A stretch of DNA of 64,000 nt, taken from positions 34,472,001 through 34,536,000 of the forward strand of contig OZ336887.1 of assembly GCA_965287045.1 (NCBI GenBank), read 5' to 3'. Positions 46,464 to 64,000 of this stretch are shown here, piece by piece. The number at the start of each line of letters is the position of its first letter. The stretch's first letter is position 1. The notes beneath the pieces were generated by a model. That model was not told the origin of the DNA, made no database searches, and worked only from the letters and a program-made list of their open reading frames with translations. A program made the translations under genes and the position numbers. Source of the stretch: Carcharhinus amblyrhynchos. Taxonomy: Eukaryota.

Positions 46464-49186
46464 AACTTAGAGTACAGTATCAGGCCATTCAGCCCAACTG
46501 ATCTATGCTAATTCTACACAAGCTTTCTACCACCCTACTACATCTCCTCAATCTTTCTATCTCTTTCTTCTTCTTATATGTATCTAGTGCCCCTCAATGA
46601 AATACTGGGGAAGTGTGTTAAACTCAAGTTTATTTGGGATTCTGTGTCACAGGCTGTACTCCAATAAATAAAGTAAGCAAATGGACCACCTATTATTGAC
46701 AGTGCCTGTCTTGATTAGGCTTACAATCATTCAGCAGTTTAATGTTTAACCTACATGGGAGGGAGAAATCAAGACATACAATTGTCTTGCAGTTTTGGGA
46801 ACAAAGGTCAGAACGATTGTCCCTTCCACTTTCTACTGTTCACTCATCATTGGCACCTAGCACCAAAAACATCTTTAATCCCTTCACACTAGCTCTTCAT
46901 TTTGGTTCTCCAATTAAGGTACAAGGCTCACGCAATGCAGGTAAACATATTTTCCACATGTAGATTCACTGAAAATCTACCATCAATCAGTGGCTAAGGG
47001 AAGTAAACCAGCCATAGTAATCAATAAAAACACTCCCATCCTGATTTTCATTTTACAACTTTAACCGGTGGATTTGTTGGTAAAATTCACACAACCTTTG
47101 GACATGAATGAAGATTGAGATTACAGGCCACATATCGTGCCTCAGTTGCTCAATCATTATTCACTGATCAGAAATGCAAGTGACCACATCTGGATTCCCA
47201 GTTAGCCCATACTAGTTCACAACTTGGACAACACTATATCAAACCAGTCAGAGGAGCTTGCAAATCATTTGCATTCTTCAAAATAATTATGTAGAAACAT
47301 AGTCCAACACACAGTCAAAATGTAAAATCAGAAAATATATTTCTCTTTTCATTGAAGGACTGGTACAGAAAGACTTTCTCATTTAAAAATCACAATAACA
47401 GTTTCTGTTCACTTATCAGAATTTTACTACATGACAAGTTTTAAACAAACGGGAGCAACATAAATTCCAGTTCCACTTCCCAAGATGTGATTAATGGTTT
47501 AACTCTGTCCGTGGCCTTTTCAAATTAGGACCTATTCTGCCCTCTTTTTGTTCTTCATAAATTGAGAACTGCAGCACAATGTAAGCAATGGCTGGCTGCA
47601 ACCACACTTTAGAAAACCTGTGAATCCTGATAACTTGATGAGTTGGTAGAACAGAGACTGGGGAAGGTGTCAGGTTCAAACTCTGGCCCCTGCTAAGGTA
47701 ACTGATGTTAGCTAGAGACTAGCAATTTTTAAAGAAGTTTATTTATTAGTGTCTCAAGTAGGCCCACATTAACACTGCAATGAAGTTACTGTGAAAATCC
47801 TCCAGCACCAATTGGCCTGTGAGCTCAAACAATGAGCAGAGCAGGGAAAGGGACTCCAGCGATACTGGATCAGGACACCTCCCTTACCTGTGGCTTTCCC
47901 ACTGGAATCAAATAGTCTGCTACCCTCTTGTGTCTAAAGATCACTTGGCCAAGCTACCAGAAGATAACTGGTACCAGTTGGGTTCCTGCCATCAAAAGAG
48001 AAAGGGAGAACTCGAAAGGGAAGCAAAAGGTAGCTGTAAGTGAAAGGAGCAGCCGCAAAATCTCCTTAGTTGCTGATCTTGGTTCAGACCCATTCAATGA
48101 TGTGTCATACAAAGACCAAAGAGGAGCACAATGCAATGTGTACATCAACATACCAGGCTGACAAGCAAACATACACTTCACAAGGAGTGAACAGTTCATT
48201 CATTTGGAAGCAGTATAGTTGTATTGGGTCAAATGATTAAGAGTGGTTGCTAGGGAGTTGGGAAGGCTCGGCAGCTCCTTGACTTAGACATTCACTCTTG
48301 GTGATTCTACTGTTGTTATGCCTACAACTTTATTTTGGGGAATGGGGAAAAACACCAGCTGACACTACAATCAAGGCACAGTTTTGTTTTAACTGCACAG
48401 CATTTATAGTCCATACCTCCCCTTGTGAGCAGTAAATCAGACATACAAACGCAGAATCCAAAGAAATGGGGCATGCAGGGCTCAATGGCCTATGGTTCCT
48501 CACATTGTGTTGCTGATTGTAGGTGCAGTGATGTGGTGTGCTAGTGACGGAGGAATCACTAAAAAGTAACTCTCAGCAATGCCAGCCAAGTCGGAACAGC
48601 AGTGGAGCTTGGAGGCACAGTTACCTGGTTTGAATATCCATCTGCCACATTAGTGAATATATGGATCCAAAGAAAAAGTGACAAAGGAACTAGCAGGACA
48701 ATGTAGCAGAAATAAATGTACCATTTTTAAAAAAATCAAAGCAGTAAACATACAGCACTTTTGCTGGGATACTGGAAAGCAGCAAGGAAAATGGGAGGAT
48801 AGTTCAAGGAGCTGGCACACACCTGATGGGCTGAATGCCCTGTTGTGTTGCATCACTCAATCTCACTCTGCTTTGCAGCTGGAAGAGTGCACAGGTAATG
48901 AGAGGGAGGGTATTTCAGACCATGTTCTCAAGGACACTGTTAAATTTAATCTTGTCCAACAATAACAACTATCCATTTTCAAAACTGACATCTAAAAGCC
49001 ACTGGAATAGAAATTAAGACTAGAACAGACTCAAGAGTGTTCTGCTATTCAGGAAGCTTTTGAGTGTGTTCAGTATTGGGACAAATGCAATCCCACTCAG
49101 TGTGAGAGTTCAATTGTTTTACAGTGCCTATATTTAACATCACCCAAGCAAGCATGAAAACATACCTCACTCTATTTAAACTCACT

Positions 49187-49380
49187 AAGAAGCCTCACAG
49201 CAGGTTAAAGTCCAATGGGTTTATTTGGAATCACGAGTTTTCGGAGCGCTGCTCCTTCATCAGGAGACTGAGCAACACTCCAAAAGCTCGTGATTCCAAA
49301 TAAACCAGTTGGACTTTAATCTGGTGTTGTGGGACTTGCAACTGTGCCCACCCCAGTCCAACACTGGCATGTCCACATCA
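49187..49380. mobile_element. Penelope-type pLTR inverted pair with hammerhead-like motif
   Basis: Imperfect inverted repeat centred near 49265. The minus strand at 49231-49264 reads CCTGATGAAGGAGCAGCGCTCCGAAAACTCGTGA. Confidence 0.7.
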
Positions 49381-49708
49381 TATATAAACAATGGAGTGAA
49401 CAAAGGATAGCTTCTCCTCCAGGGTCACAAGTCCTGCCTTGCATTAAAACCCTTGGACACTATTTAATTTCTTGCTGGCTAAGAAATTCAGGCTGGTAAA
49501 TATCTCTGTGATATAGAATTTACAACACTGAAACAGACCATTCATCCAAACCAGTCCACTCTAGTGTTTGATCTCCACATGGGCTATAACTGGATAATAA
49601 CATCTTGATGCTGTTCAAGTGATGCCATTCTGAAGCTACCACACTGGAATCTAACTGCAATGTCCCAAGATAGTTACAGTGCTGCAAACAAACTGCAAGA
49701 ACCTGCTA

Positions 49709-50006
49709 GGGGTGGCATGGTGGCACAGTTAGCACTGCTGCCTCATAGCACCAGGGGCCTGTGTTCAATTCCTGGCTTGGGTCACTATCTATGTAGAGTC
49801 TGCACATTCTCCCTGTGTCTGTGTGGGTTTCCTCCAGGTGCTCCAGTTTCTTCCCGCAGTCCAAGAGATGTGCAGATTAGGTGCACTGGCCATAACAAAT
49901 TCTCCCTCAGTTAAAAACAGGCGCCGGAGTGTGGCAACTAGGGAATTTTCACAGTAACTTCATTGCAATGTTAATGTAACATTGACTAATAAATAAACTT
50001 TAACTT
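49709..50006 (+). mobile_element. tRNA-derived V-SINE
   Basis: Head, V-domain and tail are colinear with the 31110 copy. Confidence 0.8.
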
Positions 50007-50491
50007 TTAGGATAATATCAAGCATTAAACAAACGTACAAGAGCTGCTCATTATTTCTCACAACACAAAGGAAACGTCACTTTTAATCAAGTGTCAGGGC
50101 TGATCTTGGCAGAGGCAGTGACTCCTGCTGCCCCAGAAAGGGGGCTGAAAGATTGCTTTTTCCAAGTTGAGGCTAAGGCACATCAGTGGTACAACATGGA
50201 ATGATGTGGAAGGTGTTAAGAGAGTCTAAAAGGAAGGATCAGTCTCAGACTAAGAGATTGGCATTTAGGTCTGGGATGATCAGAAATATCTTCACTCAAA
50301 GGGCTGTGAATCTCGGGAATTCCCTACCCCAGAGCATGTTTCAGATGAAGAGCAGACTGAGACCAGGAGAGGGTTGTGCACAAAGGGTATCAGGAGCTAT
50401 GGGACAAGGAGCAAAAGTGGAACTGAAGTACAAGATCAGCCACAATCATACTGAATGGTTCAAGAAGCTCAAGGGAGTAAATGGTCTACTC

Positions 50492-50571
50492 CAGAGGTCT
50501 CCAAACTCCAATCCAGATGCGGCCTGCTGTAGGCCGGATGTGGCCCGCGGGCCGTAGTTTGGAAACTCCTG
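50492..50571. mobile_element. 80-bp hAT MITE inserted in an old CR1 tail
   Basis: Terminal inverted repeats CAGAGGTCTCCAAACT and AGTTTGGAAACTCCTG, with a perfect 8-bp target-site duplication GTCTACTC (50484-50491 and 50572-50579). Confidence 0.8.
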
Positions 50572-52392
50572 GTCTACTCCAACTCCTATTTATTATTATC
50601 TGATAGTGAGCCCCTGAAATGAGAATGTGTCCCATTCACCAGCATTCACATTCGTCATGTTATAAGCTCAAACACTTTACAAAGTTAGGCACAAAACTTC
50701 ACAGAGCTGGTGAACAAATGGCCACTGGAAGGTTAATAGGAGGTCAGAGAGTGGATGAGGGATGGGAGTGGATTTTAAGGTCTAGAAGTTCTCGCTGTGT
50801 AACATGTTTATGTCTATTTTATATTAGTGTGCTTGTAATCAAAAATATACATCATAAGACAGTTAAACATGGAACACTACATTTAAAAAAAATACTCCTT
50901 TTTTAATAAAAGATACTCTATCACTAATTCACACTGCAAGTATGGTCCAGTGCAGTTGATCTCAAAGCTAATGAGATAGGCCTGTGACCAGTGATGTGAA
51001 GACACTGAGAGTGTCATCTCCACTAGTCACATAATGGCAAAAATACAAAACCAAGTGATTTCAGAGGTAAGGTGGGTAAATGGAGTTAGATACAGATCAG
51101 CCATTATCTGGATGAATGGTGGAACAGGCTGGAGAGGGATGAATGGCTTCTTCTGGTTCCAAACATCATGCCCAAAAACATGAATTATCATTCGGATCTC
51201 AACACAGGAAGTGAGGAACCCAGAAAAATCAACGGGTTTAGGAAATATTGATGTAAATGAGATTGAAACTTCATTAGGTTCAGGAAAGGCCACTAATAAC
51301 TATTGAAAATAAGAAATTATGAAAGAGCTGCATCCTCAGGAATTCCAGGAAGATCATATTCAAATAAATTACATTTCATTTTGGAGTACAGTTACTGTTG
51401 TTATTCAGTTAAACACTGCAGACAATTACACAGTGCATCATTTCCCTGATGGATGAGTTTGTGATATAACCTTGTACCTGTTTATCCAGAGGTTAGATTT
51501 TACACGAGATCATGAGAATCAAAATTGGAAAGAGACGGTGGGTGCGCTTTCAGAAGCTGTGGGTACATGTGTGCCCACTCTCCTTCACAGAGGCAGGGAC
51601 TAACTAGGCTGTACCAACAAGACACAGGCCTCCTGATTTCCGTTTACTCAGTCAAAACCTATGAAGATGACCCGACGTTATGGCCTTACACCAAAAATAT
51701 CAAAAAGTATGAGGAAATACCCTTGGATATTTTTTCCTTATATGATAATATACATCAATGCATTGAGTTGCAAATTCTGGTATAAAAATATTGCGAGTAA
51801 CCATTTCTCATATCTTTATGTACTCTGGCTTTTGCTTACTCGATTATTCCACAACCAAGGAACATGTTCTCAAAGCTTACACTAAAAAATGTCGCCAGAA
51901 AAATACGCCACTGCAGTTTAACTAGGGCTTTGCTGGTGGACATGATAAGCTGCCTGGGGGGGCGGGTAGAGACAATTAGCTCCTGACTGCCGGAGGTAGC
52001 AAAAGGAGAGAATATATTGACCAAATATCGAGATGAGATGGTGCAGGGCTAAACACACAACGGCGTTAGTTGTCAACTGGGTAATTGGGGAGTAAGTTAA
52101 GTTGCCTTTCCACAGCTCGAGCCGATCAAGTCTCCTGTCCAGTAGATACTTGAAACAGCTATCGGGAGAAAAGCCCAATCCTACGAGTCTTCTCAGAATA
52201 CACAGGCACAAGCTGTTTATTCTGTTCTCCCACCATTAAAGCTGATTGCTTCTCCTCCCCAACACCCCTACCCAATCTCAAATATGGCTATAAGTAAAAT
52301 CTCACAGGATGGCAAATCAATGCTCGCTCCCCCAACTGTGTTGAGCCACACCTCTGGACACCATCCTCTTCGTGCTGACCAGCTATCTCCCA

Positions 52393-64000
<11,608 letters not shown>

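Overview
Vertebrate genomic DNA, almost certainly a shark or other cartilaginous fish, judged from HE1/V-SINE-like SINEs, abundant CR1 LINEs and Penelope remnants. Three spliced genes can be reconstructed exon by exon with GT-AG boundaries and consistent phases. AMDHD2 (GlcNAc-6-phosphate deacetylase, minus strand) has 10 coding exons at 2477-10818; its last exon was not found. SLX4 (plus strand) is complete, with 14 coding exons at 18403-41879 and about 1892 aa. The 3' part of RHOT2/Miro2 lies on the minus strand at 52393-64000. AMDHD2 and SLX4 are head-to-head around a very short CpG-rich promoter near 16.6 kb. Introns and intergenic DNA hold four near-identical 5'-truncated CR1 copies, one CR1 with an intact ORF2, a Rex1-like remnant, V-SINEs, hAT MITEs, Penelope-type repeats and minisatellites. 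Four unexplained signals stand out: (1) a composite U2-U1-U2-U2 snRNA-derived, SINEU-like element at about 43.68-44.20 kb; (2) an in-phase U_UUA_AAC slippery site followed by G-tracts at the CR1 ORF1/ORF2 junction, suggesting -1 frameshifting; (3) a perfect 249-bp palindrome carrying two minimal hammerhead ribozymes; (4) a V-SINE core domain embedded in the 3' UTR of the intact CR1. All calls were read by eye and no database searches were run.
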